A stretch of 64,000 bases of DNA from assembly GCF_988242995.1 (NCBI RefSeq), contig NZ_OZ547043.1, one strand, 5' to 3'. Every line of letters begins with the position of its first letter. Positions within the stretch are counted from its first letter, which is position 1. The position numbers and the translations under genes are program-made. The notes under the pieces were generated by a model that made no database searches, was not told where the DNA came from, and was given only the letters and a program-made list of their open reading frames with translations. This document shows positions 51,288-64,000 of this stretch, one piece after another.

Positions 51288-54200
51288 ATGATTGAATGGA
51301 TTATTCGTCGCTCGGTGGCGAACCGTTTTCTGGTACTGATGGGCGCGTTGTTTCTGAGTATCTGGGGCACCTGGACCATCATTAACACGCCAGTGGATGC
51401 GCTGCCGGATCTCTCCGATGTGCAGGTGATTATTAAAACCAGCTATCCCGGTCAGGCACCGCAAATCGTTGAAAATCAGGTGACTTATCCGCTAACCACC
51501 ACCATGTTGTCGGTGCCTGGCGCGAAGACTGTGCGCGGTTTCTCGCAGTTTGGCGACTCTTATGTGTATGTCATTTTCGAAGATGGCACTGATCCGTACT
51601 GGGCGCGTTCGCGGGTGCTGGAGTACCTCAACCAGGTACAGGGTAAGCTCCCTGCGGGAGTCAGCGCCGAGCTGGGGCCAGATGCCACGGGTGTTGGCTG
51701 GATCTATGAATATGCACTGGTGGATCGCAGCGGTAAGCACGATCTTGCCGATTTACGCTCATTGCAGGACTGGTTTCTCAAATATGAGCTGAAAACCATT
51801 CCTGACGTTGCGGAAGTGGCGTCGGTAGGCGGTGTGGTGAAAGAGTATCAGGTGGTTATCGATCCTCAGCGTCTGGCGCAATATGGCATCAGTCTCGCCG
51901 AAGTAAAAAGCGCGCTGGATGCTTCAAACCAGGAAGCGGGCGGTTCGTCGATCGAATTGGCGGAAGCGGAATATATGGTGCGCGCCAGCGGCTATCTGCA
52001 AACGCTCGACGACTTTAATCACATCGTTTTAAAAGCCAGTGAAAATGGCGTGCCCGTTTATCTGCGCGATGTTGCGAAGGTCCAGATTGGCCCGGAGATG
52101 CGCCGGGGCATTGCCGAACTAAACGGCGAAGGCGAAGTGGCGGGCGGGGTGGTGATCCTGCGCTCCGGCAAAAACGCCCGAGAAGTAATCGCCGCCGTGA
52201 AGGACAAACTGGAAACGCTGAAAAGCAGTCTGCCGGAAGGCGTGGAGATAGTTACAACATACGATCGCAGCCAGCTCATTGACCGCGCCATCGACAACCT
52301 CAGCGGCAAGTTGCTGGAAGAGTTTATTGTGGTGGCGGTAGTCTGTGCGCTGTTTCTCTGGCATGTGCGCTCGGCGCTGGTGGCGATTATTTCGTTGCCG
52401 CTGGGGTTGTGTATTGCTTTTATTGTCATGCACTTTCAGGGACTGAACGCCAATATTATGTCGCTGGGCGGTATTGCTATTGCCGTCGGGGCGATGGTCG
52501 ATGCCGCTATCGTCATGATCGAGAATGCGCATAAACGGCTGGAAGAGTGGCAGCACCAGCATCCTGACGCCACGCTGGATAATAAAACGCGCTGGCAGGT
52601 GATCACCGATGCATCTGTTGAAGTGGGGCCGGCGCTGTTTATCAGTCTGCTGATTATCACGTTGTCGTTTATCCCGATCTTCACCCTGGAAGGGCAGGAA
52701 GGGCGTCTGTTTGGCCCGCTGGCGTTCACCAAAACGTATGCGATGGCGGGTGCGGCGCTGCTGGCGATCGTAGTGATCCCTATCCTGATGGGCTACTGGA
52801 TCCGTGGCAAAATTCCGCCGGAAAGCAGTAACCCGCTCAATCGCTTTTTGATTCGTGTTTATCATCCGCTGTTGCTGAAAGTACTGCACTGGCCGAAAAC
52901 CACGCTGCTGGTGGCGGCGCTTTCGGTGCTGACGGTTCTCTGGCCGCTCAATAAAGTTGGCGGGGAATTTTTACCGCAGATCAATGAAGGCGACTTGTTG
53001 TATATGCCATCGACGCTGCCGGGGATTTCCGCAGCAGAGGCGGCGAGTATGCTGCAAAAAACCGACAAGCTGATTATGAGCGTACCTGAAGTGGCGCGGG
53101 TATTTGGCAAAACCGGGAAAGCGGAAACCGCCACCGATTCTGCTCCGCTGGAGATGGTAGAAACGACCATCCAGCTTAAGCCGCAGGATCAGTGGCGGCC
53201 AGGCATGACGATGGACAAAATCATTGAGGAACTGGATAACACCGTGCGTCTGCCGGGGCTGGCGAATCTGTGGGTGCCGCCAATTCGTAACCGTATCGAT
53301 ATGCTCTCAACCGGCATTAAAAGCCCCATCGGCATTAAAGTTTCCGGCACTGTGCTGGCGGATATCGACGCGATGGCGGAGCAAATTGAAGAAGTGGCGC
53401 GAACGGTGCCAGGCGTAGCTTCTGCGCTTGCCGAGCGTCTGGAAGGTGGGCGCTATATCAACGTTGAGATTAACCGTGAAAAAGCCGCGCGTTACGGTAT
53501 GACGGTGGCGGATGTGCAATTGTTTGTGACATCTGCGGTGGGCGGGGCGATGGTTGGCGAAACGGTGGAAGGGATTGCCCGTTATCCAATTAATCTGCGT
53601 TATCCGCAAAGCTGGCGCGATAGTCCGCAGGCGCTGCGCCAGTTGCCGATTCTGACGCCGATGAAGCAGCAAATCACCCTGGCAGACGTGGCTGACGTTA
53701 AAGTCTCTACCGGACCGTCGATGCTGAAAACCGAGAATGCGCGCCCGACGAGCTGGATTTATATCGATGCCCGCGATCGTGACATGGTGTCGGTGGTTCA
53801 CGATTTGCAAAAAGCGATAGCTGAAAAAGTGCAGTTAAAACCGGGCACCAGCGTGACATTCTCCGGGCAGTTCGAGCTACTGGAGCGCGCCAACCATAAG
53901 CTGAAACTCATGGTGCCGATGACGCTGATGATCATCTTCGTGCTGTTGTATCTGGCGTTCCGTCGGGTGGGCGAAGCGTTGCTGATTATCAGCAGCGTAC
54001 CGTTTGCGCTGGTGGGCGGCATCTGGTTGCTGTGGTGGATGGGCTTTCATCTTTCCGTGGCGACGGGCACCGGTTTTATTGCCCTTGCCGGGGTCGCCGC
54101 CGAATTTGGCGTGGTGATGCTGATGTATTTACGTCACGCCATAGAGGCCGAGCCGTCGTTGAATAATCCGCAAACATTCAGCGAGCAGAAGCTGGATGAG

Positions 54201-54431
54201 GCGTTATATCACGGCGCGGTCCTGCGCGTGCGCCCGAAAGCGATGACGGTGGCAGTGATTATCGCCGGTCTGCTGCCGATTCTGTGGGGAACGGGGGCTG
54301 GTTCAGAGGTGATGAGCCGGATTGCCGCACCGATGATTGGCGGCATGATCACCGCACCTTTGCTGTCGCTGTTTATTATCCCGGCGGCGTATAAGCTGAT
54401 GTGGCTGCACCGACATCGGGTACGGAAATAA
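51288..54431 (+). CDS. cusA: RND copper/silver efflux pump CusA
   Basis: 1047-aa ORF matching CusA. Confidence 0.9.
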   Translation: MIEWIIRRSVANRFLVLMGALFLSIWGTWTIINTPVDALPDLSDVQVIIKTSYPGQAPQIVENQVTYPLTTTMLSVPGAKTVRGFSQFGDSYVYVIFEDGTDPYWARSRVLEYLNQVQGKLPAGVSAELGPDATGVGWIYEYALVDRSGKHDLADLRSLQDWFLKYELKTIPDVAEVASVGGVVKEYQVVIDPQRLAQYGISLAEVKSALDASNQEAGGSSIELAEAEYMVRASGYLQTLDDFNHIVLKASENGVPVYLRDVAKVQIGPEMRRGIAELNGEGEVAGGVVILRSGKNAREVIAAVKDKLETLKSSLPEGVEIVTTYDRSQLIDRAIDNLSGKLLEEFIVVAVVCALFLWHVRSALVAIISLPLGLCIAFIVMHFQGLNANIMSLGGIAIAVGAMVDAAIVMIENAHKRLEEWQHQHPDATLDNKTRWQVITDASVEVGPALFISLLIITLSFIPIFTLEGQEGRLFGPLAFTKTYAMAGAALLAIVVIPILMGYWIRGKIPPESSNPLNRFLIRVYHPLLLKVLHWPKTTLLVAALSVLTVLWPLNKVGGEFLPQINEGDLLYMPSTLPGISAAEAASMLQKTDKLIMSVPEVARVFGKTGKAETATDSAPLEMVETTIQLKPQDQWRPGMTMDKIIEELDNTVRLPGLANLWVPPIRNRIDMLSTGIKSPIGIKVSGTVLADIDAMAEQIEEVARTVPGVASALAERLEGGRYINVEINREKAARYGMTVADVQLFVTSAVGGAMVGETVEGIARYPINLRYPQSWRDSPQALRQLPILTPMKQQITLADVADVKVSTGPSMLKTENARPTSWIYIDARDRDMVSVVHDLQKAIAEKVQLKPGTSVTFSGQFELLERANHKLKLMVPMTLMIIFVLLYLAFRRVGEALLIISSVPFALVGGIWLLWWMGFHLSVATGTGFIALAGVAAEFGVVMLMYLRHAIEAEPSLNNPQTFSEQKLDEALYHGAVLRVRPKAMTVAVIIAGLLPILWGTGAGSEVMSRIAAPMIGGMITAPLLSLFIIPAAYKLMWLHRHRVRK

Positions 54432-54532
54432 AAGCAGGATACCCGGTTTAACCGTGTGGATTGTGTCTTGCGACGATGGGCACTAAATGTTAAAAGGTGC
54501 CCCTCAACAAAAAAGACACACAGGGGAAAGGC

Positions 54533-55909
54533 GTGAAAAACGCGTCAACCGTATCGGAAGATACTGCGTCGAATCAAGAGCCGACGCTTCATCGCGGATT
54601 ACATAACCGTCATATTCAACTGATTGCGCTGGGTGGCGCAATTGGTACTGGTCTGTTTCTTGGCATTGGCCCGGCGATTCAGATGGCGGGTCCGGCTGTA
54701 TTGCTGGGCTACGGCGTCGCCGGGATCATCGCTTTCCTGATTATGCGCCAGCTCGGCGAGATGGTGGTCGAAGAGCCGGTATCTGGTTCATTTGCCCACT
54801 TTGCCTATAAATACTGGGGACCGTTTGCGGGCTTCCTCTCTGGCTGGAACTACTGGGTGATGTTCGTGCTGGTGGGAATGGCAGAGCTGACCGCTGCGGG
54901 CATCTATATGCAGTACTGGTTCCCGGATGTTCCAACGTGGATTTGGGCTGCCGCCTTCTTTATTATCATCAACGCCGTTAACCTGGTGAACGTGCGCTTA
55001 TATGGCGAAACCGAGTTCTGGTTTGCGCTGATAAAAGTGCTGGCAATCATCGGTATGATCGGCTTTGGCCTGTGGCTGCTGTTTTCTGGTCACGGTGGCG
55101 AGAAAGCCAGTATCGACAACCTCTGGCGCTATGGCGGTTTCTTTGCCACCGGCTGGAATGGACTGATTTTGTCGCTGGCGGTAATTATGTTCTCTTTCGG
55201 CGGTCTGGAGTTGATTGGGATTACTGCCGCTGAAGCGCGCGATCCGGAAAAAAGCATCCCTAAAGCAGTGAATCAGGTGGTGTATCGCATCCTGCTGTTT
55301 TATATCGGTTCACTGGTGGTTTTACTGGCACTCTATCCGTGGGTGGAAGTGAAATCCAACAGTAGCCCGTTTGTGATGATTTTCCATAATCTCGACAGCA
55401 ACGTGGTAGCTTCTGCGCTGAACTTCGTCATTCTGGTGGCATCGTTATCGGTGTATAACAGCGGGGTTTATTCTAACAGTCGGATGCTGTTTGGCCTTTC
55501 TGTGCAGGGTAATGCGCCAAAGTTTTTGACTCGCGTCAGCCGTCGCGGTGTGCCGATTAACTCGCTGATGCTTTCCGGAGCGATCACTTCGCTGGTGGTG
55601 TTAATCAACTATCTGCTGCCGCAAAAAGCGTTTGGTCTGCTGATGGCGCTGGTGGTAGCAACGCTGCTGTTGAACTGGATTATGATCTGCCTGGCGCATC
55701 TGCGTTTTCGCGCGGCGATGCGACGTCAGGGACGTGAAACACAGTTTAAGGCGCTGCTCTATCCGTTCGGCAACTATCTCTGCATCGCCTTCCTCGGCAT
55801 GATTTTGCTGCTGATGTGCACGATGGATGATATGCGCTTGTCAGCGATTCTGCTGCCAGTGTGGATTGTATTCCTGTTTGTAGCGTTTAAAACGCTGCGT
55901 CGGAAATAA
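54533..55909 (+). CDS. pheP: Phenylalanine-specific permease PheP (GTG start)
   Basis: Matches PheP from (V)KNASTVSEDTASNQEPTLHRGL...; 458 aa. Confidence 0.85.
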   Translation: MKNASTVSEDTASNQEPTLHRGLHNRHIQLIALGGAIGTGLFLGIGPAIQMAGPAVLLGYGVAGIIAFLIMRQLGEMVVEEPVSGSFAHFAYKYWGPFAGFLSGWNYWVMFVLVGMAELTAAGIYMQYWFPDVPTWIWAAAFFIIINAVNLVNVRLYGETEFWFALIKVLAIIGMIGFGLWLLFSGHGGEKASIDNLWRYGGFFATGWNGLILSLAVIMFSFGGLELIGITAAEARDPEKSIPKAVNQVVYRILLFYIGSLVVLLALYPWVEVKSNSSPFVMIFHNLDSNVVASALNFVILVASLSVYNSGVYSNSRMLFGLSVQGNAPKFLTRVSRRGVPINSLMLSGAITSLVVLINYLLPQKAFGLLMALVVATLLLNWIMICLAHLRFRAAMRRQGRETQFKALLYPFGNYLCIAFLGMILLLMCTMDDMRLSAILLPVWIVFLFVAFKTLRRK

Positions 55910-55950
55910 GGCATTCACGCCGTATCCGACAAAATGATGTCAACCATCCG

Positions 55951-55988
55951 AAACCGCTCTCATCCATTCGATAAGAGCGGTTTTTTTA
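55951..55988. terminator. Bidirectional rho-independent terminator between convergent pheP and ybdG
   Basis: aaaccgctct...agagcggttt stem followed by TTTTTTT. Confidence 0.6.
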
Positions 55989-55989
55989 A

Positions 55990-57285
<1,296 letters not shown>

Positions 57286-57344
57286 TTATGCAAATCAGGA
57301 GAATCTGAGGGGAAATAGCCGGGCAGATGCCCGGCAAGAGAGAA

Positions 57345-57998
57345 TTACACTTCGGTTAAGGTGATGTTTTGCGGCAGACGAGATTTCGGCAGCGTAGCGT
57401 TAAAATCTTCAACGCTGTGATGACCCACCGGAACAACTACCAGACTGGTGTAGCCTTTCTCTTTCAGACCAAATTCTCCATCGAGGATTGCGGCGTCAAA
57501 ACCTTCGATGGGTACCGCGTCCAGACCCAGCGCCGCCACGCCGAGCAGGAAGTTGCCGACGTTGAGATAAACCTGTTTTGCCATCCACTCTGCATCATCA
57601 TGCAGATCTTTACGGTGCATATCGGCGAAGAACTTGCGACCTTTATCGTTCGCGGCTTTCGCTTCCGGCGTGGCAAAGCGGCCATCGGCATCTTCCTGGT
57701 CAACAACCAGCTTCAGCCAGGCATCGTCCATCGCGGTTTTTGCACAGAACACCACAACGTGCGAGGCATCAAGCATTTTACGCTCGTTGAACACGTAATT
57801 ACCGGCAGCGGATTTGGCAACACGCGCTTTACCTTCTTCCGTGCTGGCAACAATAAAATGCCACGGCTGGGAGTTGGTGCTGGATGGGCTGTATTGCAGG
57901 AGAGTTTTGATCTGCTCGGCCTGTTCCGGGGTTAGTTTTTTGCTGGCATCAAATGCCTTAGTGGAATGACGCTTTAAGGCGACAGAAATGATATCCAT
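57345..57998 (-). CDS. nfsB: Oxygen-insensitive NAD(P)H nitroreductase NfsB
   Basis: 217-aa ORF matching NfsB. Confidence 0.9.
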   Translation of the reverse strand: MDIISVALKRHSTKAFDASKKLTPEQAEQIKTLLQYSPSSTNSQPWHFIVASTEEGKARVAKSAAGNYVFNERKMLDASHVVVFCAKTAMDDAWLKLVVDQEDADGRFATPEAKAANDKGRKFFADMHRKDLHDDAEWMAKQVYLNVGNFLLGVAALGLDAVPIEGFDAAILDGEFGLKEKGYTSLVVVPVGHHSVEDFNATLPKSRLPQNITLTEV

Positions 57999-58076
57999 AA
58001 AGACTCCATGTGAAAGTAATTTTGCGTGCCAGCAGATTACAAGGATCGAGATGAAATGGTAAGCGAGAAAAATGCG

Positions 58077-58460
58077 CTATTGATTTACGGTTGAGTAAGG
58101 ACGCAGTCGTTTTTGATCGCGTTTAGCCAGACCATCAACCACCAGATTCCACGAATCGTTGATCAGATCGCGAAGTAACGCTTCGGAGATTTCCTCGCCG
58201 GGATACACCGAAATCCAGTGCTTTTTATTCATGTGATACCCTGGCTTGATGCTTGGGTATATTTGCTGATTTAGCAGGGATTTTTGTGGATCGGACTTCA
58301 GATTGATAAAGGGGACGCCGCGCAGCTCCGACGACAGCATAAAAATCTTGCCGCCAATTTTAAAAACATCGAACTCCGGGCCAAAAGGCCAGCAAAGCTC
58401 GACAAAGGGTAACTCAAGGGCCAGGCGTTTCGCCGTTTCGTGCAGTGATTGCTTATCCAT
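58077..58460 (-). CDS. ybdF: Uncharacterised protein YbdF
   Basis: Start chosen at [19 protein letters not shown]...; synteny. Confidence 0.75.
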   Translation of the reverse strand: MDKQSLHETAKRLALELPFVELCWPFGPEFDVFKIGGKIFMLSSELRGVPFINLKSDPQKSLLNQQIYPSIKPGYHMNKKHWISVYPGEEISEALLRDLINDSWNLVVDGLAKRDQKRLRPYSTVNQ

Positions 58461-58524
58461 AAACGTTCCTTTAGGCGAAGGAGAATAAGCAAAGTATGCC
58501 GCGAAGTTCGGCGATAATCGACGT

Positions 58525-58773
58525 TTAATCCGCCAGCGAGAACCAGCGTCGCCAGATAAAGCGCAGAACAAAATACTCAATAGCGCCCAGCACTAAAAAC
58601 CACAGACAAAACAATAAAGTGTAAAGCTGGCTAAGATCCATCAGATGGAACGTGGTCACCAGTTTTTGTGCCAGCGTCAGCCCCAATGCGGGGGCGGGAA
58701 GCAGCAGGCAAGAGAGGAAAGCCATCAGCAAAATGCCTGCTGCGGTGGTCAAGGTTTCTAAAGGGTGTTTCAT
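58525..58773 (-). CDS. ybdJ: Small membrane protein YbdJ
   Basis: 82-aa ORF, two hydrophobic segments; synteny. Confidence 0.7.
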   Translation of the reverse strand: MKHPLETLTTAAGILLMAFLSCLLLPAPALGLTLAQKLVTTFHLMDLSQLYTLLFCLWFLVLGAIEYFVLRFIWRRWFSLAD

Positions 58774-58838
58774 AACATTGTTAAATGTAAGTTAAAACAC
58801 CATTGTCAGGGATATTCTTCTGTAAGGCAATTCCCGAC

Positions 58839-59966
<1,128 letters not shown>

Positions 59967-60409
59967 TTATGTTGGCGTTTTCTATTCAGTATAGAAGTGG
60001 GAGCGACTGGGCGAGATGCGGAAGTTCTGGAATGTTTCTTTTTTTTGGTGATGGTGAACTGATTGTGACTGAAGAAGTTTGGCTACTTCTGCAATGTGAC
60101 AAGTTATGGCAGAGCTGGCTGGTGGCGAAGAATTTTGACGATTGAGGCATGCAGAAAAAAACGGGTTCAGCTTCAGTTGATCAAATGAGGAGTGAGAAGT
60201 CCGAAACAGGACTCGCTGTATAAATAAACAGCTATTTTGCTGAGGAAGGGTAAGATAACGGCGGGTGCCTGAAGCTTTCCGGTTTCAGGTTTACTCTGAG
60301 GTCTGGAAAGATGAAGCCCCAGGAGATATTTCTATCAACCCTGGGGCTGCCACTCCAAACCCAAACAATTTGGATGGTAGTCCCTTCTTCGCATGGAGGC
60401 AATATAAAC

Positions 60410-60562
60410 ATGCTGACGAAATATGCCCTTGCGGCAGTCATAGTGCTGTGTTTGACGGTGCTGGGATTTACGCTTCTGGTCGGAGACTCGCTGTGTGAGT
60501 TTACGGTGAAGGAACGTAATATTGAGTTTAAGGCTGTTCTCGCTTACGAACCGAAGAAGTAG
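60410..60562 (+). CDS. hokE: Hok-family toxin (50 aa), copy 1
   Basis: [50 protein letters not shown]; upstream in-frame mok-like extension from 60311. Confidence 0.8.
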   Translation: MLTKYALAAVIVLCLTVLGFTLLVGDSLCEFTVKERNIEFKAVLAYEPKK

Positions 60563-60912
60563 CCGTTGTGCGGGGAGTAATCCCCGCATATCCGGTTGTC
60601 AGGTCAGGGTGGTAAGGCACCTGTTTTACACTTTCGCCCGCGGTCAGCAATGGCTGCGGGCGATTTCGTTTTACGAGCAATAACGAGTGTTGCCAACAGA
60701 AGTCCGAAACAGGATTTACTGTATAAATAAACAGTTATTTTGCTAAGGAAGGGTAAGATAACAGCGGGTGCCTGAAGCTTTCCGGTTTCAGGTTAACTCT
60801 GAGGTCTGGAAAGATGAAGCCCCAGGAGATATTTCTATCAATCCTGGGGCTGCCACTCCGAACCTCAACAACTCGGATGGTAGTCCCTTCTTCGCATGGA
60901 GGCAATATAAAC

Positions 60913-61065
60913 ATGCTGACGAAATATGCCCTTGTGGCAGTCATAGTGCTGTGTTTAACGGTGCTGGGATTTACGCTTCTGGTCCGCGACTCGCTGTGTG
61001 AGTTTACGGTAAAGGAACGTAATATTGAGTTTAAGGCTGTTCTCGCTTACGAACCGAAGAAGTAG
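60913..61065 (+). CDS. hokE: Hok-family toxin (50 aa), copy 2
   Basis: [50 protein letters not shown]; upstream mok-like extension from 60814. Confidence 0.8.
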   Translation: MLTKYALVAVIVLCLTVLGFTLLVRDSLCEFTVKERNIEFKAVLAYEPKK

Positions 61066-61186
61066 CCGTTGTGCGGGGAGTAATCCCCGCATATCCGGTT
61101 GTCAGGTCAGGATGGTAAGGCACCTGCTTTACACTTTCGCCCGCGGTCAGCATTGGCTGCGGGCGAATCGCTCCGGGTATTGTCAA

Positions 61187-61807
61187 TTAATCGTGTTGGT
61201 ACAGCGTTATGACTATCTTTTCTTTTATCTGCCAGTGCACAGCAAACTGCTCATCCTCTAGTCGAATGATGATCTGCTGTTTATTCCAGCTAATTATCTG
61301 ATAATCCAGAAAACCTTGAGCGGCCTGTATCTTGCTTGCCTTAAATGCGCTCTCTTTGGCGGAAAATGCCAGTGTCAGCGCCAGAGAAAAGGTTAAACCG
61401 CATTCTGCGAGTCGCTCGTGTTCTGCTAGTGTAATAATGTTGTCTGTCAATTCTCTTGCGGTTTGTACAGAGAAAATCTCTTCGATATCAATGCCAATCG
61501 GTTGACGAGATACCACGGCTAATGCCGTAGTCCCACAGTGACTAATGCTGCCGTATACCCCCGCAGGCCACACAGGTTGGCGTAGCTCGCCGATTGCGGG
61601 CACACATTTATAGCCATATTCCCGCAGCGCATAAACTGCAGCGATCCGTCCGGCTAAATGCTCTGTTTTACGTTTACGTCCAGCGTGTTGCAGTTGCGCG
61701 TAGTGTGGCAGCCAGAGTAAATCCTGCTCACAAAAACTCGCCGGATCAAACTCAACAAAATGCAGCGTATGTCCTGCAAAGGGGAGGGAGGTATGCGTAG
61801 TTTTCAT
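61187..61807 (-). CDS. entD: Enterobactin synthase phosphopantetheinyl transferase EntD
   Basis: Matches EntD from MKTTHTSLPFAGHTLHFVEFDP... Confidence 0.85.
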   Translation of the reverse strand: MKTTHTSLPFAGHTLHFVEFDPASFCEQDLLWLPHYAQLQHAGRKRKTEHLAGRIAAVYALREYGYKCVPAIGELRQPVWPAGVYGSISHCGTTALAVVSRQPIGIDIEEIFSVQTARELTDNIITLAEHERLAECGLTFSLALTLAFSAKESAFKASKIQAAQGFLDYQIISWNKQQIIIRLEDEQFAVHWQIKEKIVITLYQHD

Positions 61808-61981
61808 GTCGACCATATTAGAGAATGATGACAAACGCAAAACTGCCTGATGCGCTACGCTTATCAGGCCTACGTGGTCCTGCAATGTATTGAATTGGCA
61901 AGATTTTTGTAGGCCGGATAAGGCATTCACGCCACATCCGGCATGAATTACGCGCACTTTGTCAACAATCTGACGTTAGCA

Positions 61982-64000
61982 TCAGAAGTGAGTATTAATG
62001 CTCATATACCACGTACGTCCCGGCTCGTTATAGGTATACGCCCCGGCACCGGCGATATAGTTGGCTCCTGCCAGATCGCCCGTGGTCTGGGCATTACCCG
62101 CACGCCACAAACGTTTGTCGAACAGGTTGTCCACGCCGCCGGTCAGACTGACATTCTTCGTCACATCCCACGTCGCGCTCAGGCCTACAATGCTGTACGG
62201 GCTGATTTCTTTGGTTTCCGGTCCAACCGCTGGCTGACCTTTATAGTTGTACTTCTTCGGCTGCTGCTTGCCGTACCAGGTGAAGGTTGTTTGCATCGAC
62301 AAATCTTCCCGTGCCTGCCAGCTCAGCGTTGAGTTCAACGTATACTCCGGGATGATCGACAAACGGTCGCCCGTGGTTTTGTTTTCACTCTTCAGCATAT
62401 AAGTGATGTTATTGGTCCACATCACCGTTTCGCTAACCGGTACGTTTAACGATCCTTCCAGACCTTCAACCACCGCTTTCGGTACGTTATCCCACTGATA
62501 GAGATCGGTGCCGACTGCGTTTTGCCCTACAGCCACATAGCCCGCTTCAATCTTATTGCGATAATCGTTGCGGAACCAGGTGACGCCCGCCAGCCAGCCG
62601 TCGCGTTTGAACTCCAGGCCAATCTCCTTGTTGATACTGGTTTCCGCTTTCAGGTCATCATTACCTTGCAGATAGCAGCCGCCCGCGCTGGCATAGCAGC
62701 CCTGACCTTTACTGTAGAGAATGTAGTTTGGGTTAGTCTGGTACAGACTCGGCGCTTTATAAGCACGGGCAATGCCCATTTTCAGCGTGAAGTCATCGCC
62801 TAAACCTTGCGATATGTTTAGAGCCGGACTCCAGTTATTGCCAACAATGCTGTGATGATCGAAACGCAGCCCCGGCGTTACGATGGTGCTGTCAGTCAGC
62901 TCCATATTGTTTTCGGCAAACAGCGAGAAAATTTCTGCTTTTGAATACGGGCTACGGTCTGTCGCACTCACGCCATCAATAGCACCGCCGGTATTCGTCC
63001 CGGTGAGCGCCTGGGTGTTGGAACTTAAATCCTTCATCCGCTGCTGATTCCACTCCGTACCCAGCGTCAGCGTCTGGTTAACGAGGAAATCAATCGGCAG
63101 GTTAACTTCGCTGTGCAGCATCACGTCATCGAGATCGATATCGACGAAATCCTGTGTCGCTTTTTCGTTAAATTTCCCTTCGGTACCGCCCGCCAGACCT
63201 TCCGGAATACGCGAGTTACGGGTGTGTTCGTACTGCACCCAGTTGCTGGTGGTCACGCCGTTATCCCAGCCGCCGTTCCATGTCAGCGAGTAGTTCTGGC
63301 GATACAGACGGTTGGTTTCATCGCCATATTTCGAGCGGGTATAGGAGTCAGAGTTGGTGTTCTGGGTGTCGCCCGCATACAGGTTACCCTGGCGGCTGTA
63401 GCCCGCTTCCAGTTCGAGTGATTGCAGAGGCGCGAAGTCCCAGCGCACCACGCCATTAATATCTTTGTTAATTACCCCTTCGCGCCCGGCTGGTAACGTC
63501 GTGGCATACGTTCCGGCACGCGCGGACTGATGGCCCTGGTTGATATCCCACGCGTCAGCCTGGGTTTTGTCGAGGTTGCCATACAAGCGGAAGCTGAATT
63601 CGTCGCCCAGCGGACCGGTCAGGCTGAAGTTGGTGCGTTTAGTGGCACCTTCCTCTTTATGTTCTGGCGCATTGAAATAAGCGTCCCAGGAGCCGTGCCA
63701 CTCACCACTGCCTTTTTTGGTAATGATGTTAACCACGCCGCCCGCCGCGCCGTTGCCATAACGCGCAGCTGCCGGACCACGCAGAACTTCAATACGTTCA
63801 ATCATTTCAGGTGGCACCCAGGAAGTATCACCACGGGTATCGCGCTCGCCACGCCAGCCCTGACGCACCGAGTTACGGCTGCTTACCGGTTTGCCGTCAA
63901 TCAAAATCAGCGTGTTTTCCGGACCCATGCCGCGAATATCAATCTGGCGGTTATTACCACGCTGACCACTGGTGGAGTTGCCGGTCAGGTTAACGCCTGG
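61982..64000 (-). CDS. fepA: Ferric enterobactin outer membrane receptor FepA, N-terminal part beyond window end
   Basis: TonB-dependent receptor beta-barrel ending ...YMSINTHF; reading frame stays open to the window edge. Confidence 0.85.
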   Translation of the reverse strand, partial: PGVNLTGNSTSGQRGNNRQIDIRGMGPENTLILIDGKPVSSRNSVRQGWRGERDTRGDTSWVPPEMIERIEVLRGPAAARYGNGAAGGVVNIITKKGSGEWHGSWDAYFNAPEHKEEGATKRTNFSLTGPLGDEFSFRLYGNLDKTQADAWDINQGHQSARAGTYATTLPAGREGVINKDINGVVRWDFAPLQSLELEAGYSRQGNLYAGDTQNTNSDSYTRSKYGDETNRLYRQNYSLTWNGGWDNGVTTSNWVQYEHTRNSRIPEGLAGGTEGKFNEKATQDFVDIDLDDVMLHSEVNLPIDFLVNQTLTLGTEWNQQRMKDLSSNTQALTGTNTGGAIDGVSATDRSPYSKAEIFSLFAENNMELTDSTIVTPGLRFDHHSIVGNNWSPALNISQGLGDDFTLKMGIARAYKAPSLYQTNPNYILYSKGQGCYASAGGCYLQGNDDLKAETSINKEIGLEFKRDGWLAGVTWFRNDYRNKIEAGYVAVGQNAVGTDLYQWDNVPKAVVEGLEGSLNVPVSETVMWTNNITYMLKSENKTTGDRLSIIPEYTLNSTLSWQAREDLSMQTTFTWYGKQQPKKYNYKGQPAVGPETKEISPYSIVGLSATWDVTKNVSLTGGVDNLFDKRLWRAGNAQTTGDLAGANYIAGAGAYTYNEPGRTWYMSINTHF

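Larger units (their letters stand above)
60199..61163 (+). repeat. Tandem duplication (about 502-bp period, two near-identical units) of the hok/mok/sok locus
   Basis: Units beginning agtccgaaacagg... at 60199 and 60701; two 83-aa mok-frame ORFs differ at only a few residues. Confidence 0.85.

Noticed and set aside
52119-52889. 256-aa minus-strand ORF
   Set aside because: Antisense within cusA.

Overview
This window reads as an Escherichia coli chromosomal segment with three parts. (1) 1-29110 is the right-hand portion of a composite island ending at an argU (tRNA-Arg UCU) 3' fragment (attR, 29065-29109). It contains a satellite-like replication module (RHH repressor, operator/hairpin leader, four small genes, P4-alpha-like primase-helicase, iteron origin, SSB-like protein), which unusually also carries its own lambda-E-like major capsid and D-like decoration genes plus an AlpA-like regulator. 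Next comes a 2-kb AT-rich single-gene island encoding a 438-aa HEPN-motif protein, which is a candidate anti-phage defence gene. This abuts a 5'-truncated lambda E gene followed by a near-complete lambda-type tail module (FI, FII, Z, U interrupted by IS200, V, G/T, H, M, L, K, I, J, lom, a mosaic stf, and an odd standalone chaperone-domain fibre protein), then cargo appY and ompT. (2) Core genes envY, ybcH, nfrA, nfrB, then a roughly 9.8-kb insertion between nfrB and cusS: an orphan type VI secretion effector island (vgrG, DUF1795/Eag chaperone, prePAAR-Rhs with an unassigned C-terminal toxin, small immunity gene, ISAs1-family H-repeat transposase). (3) Conserved core: cusSR, cusCFBA, pheP, ybdG, nfsB, ybdF, ybdJ, ybdK, a tandemly duplicated hokE locus, entD and the 3' part of fepA. 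All identifications rest on reading the translations against remembered family sequences; no database search or computation was run. The most interesting candidates are the capsid-encoding satellite-like module, the HEPN-motif gene and the Rhs toxin/immunity pair.
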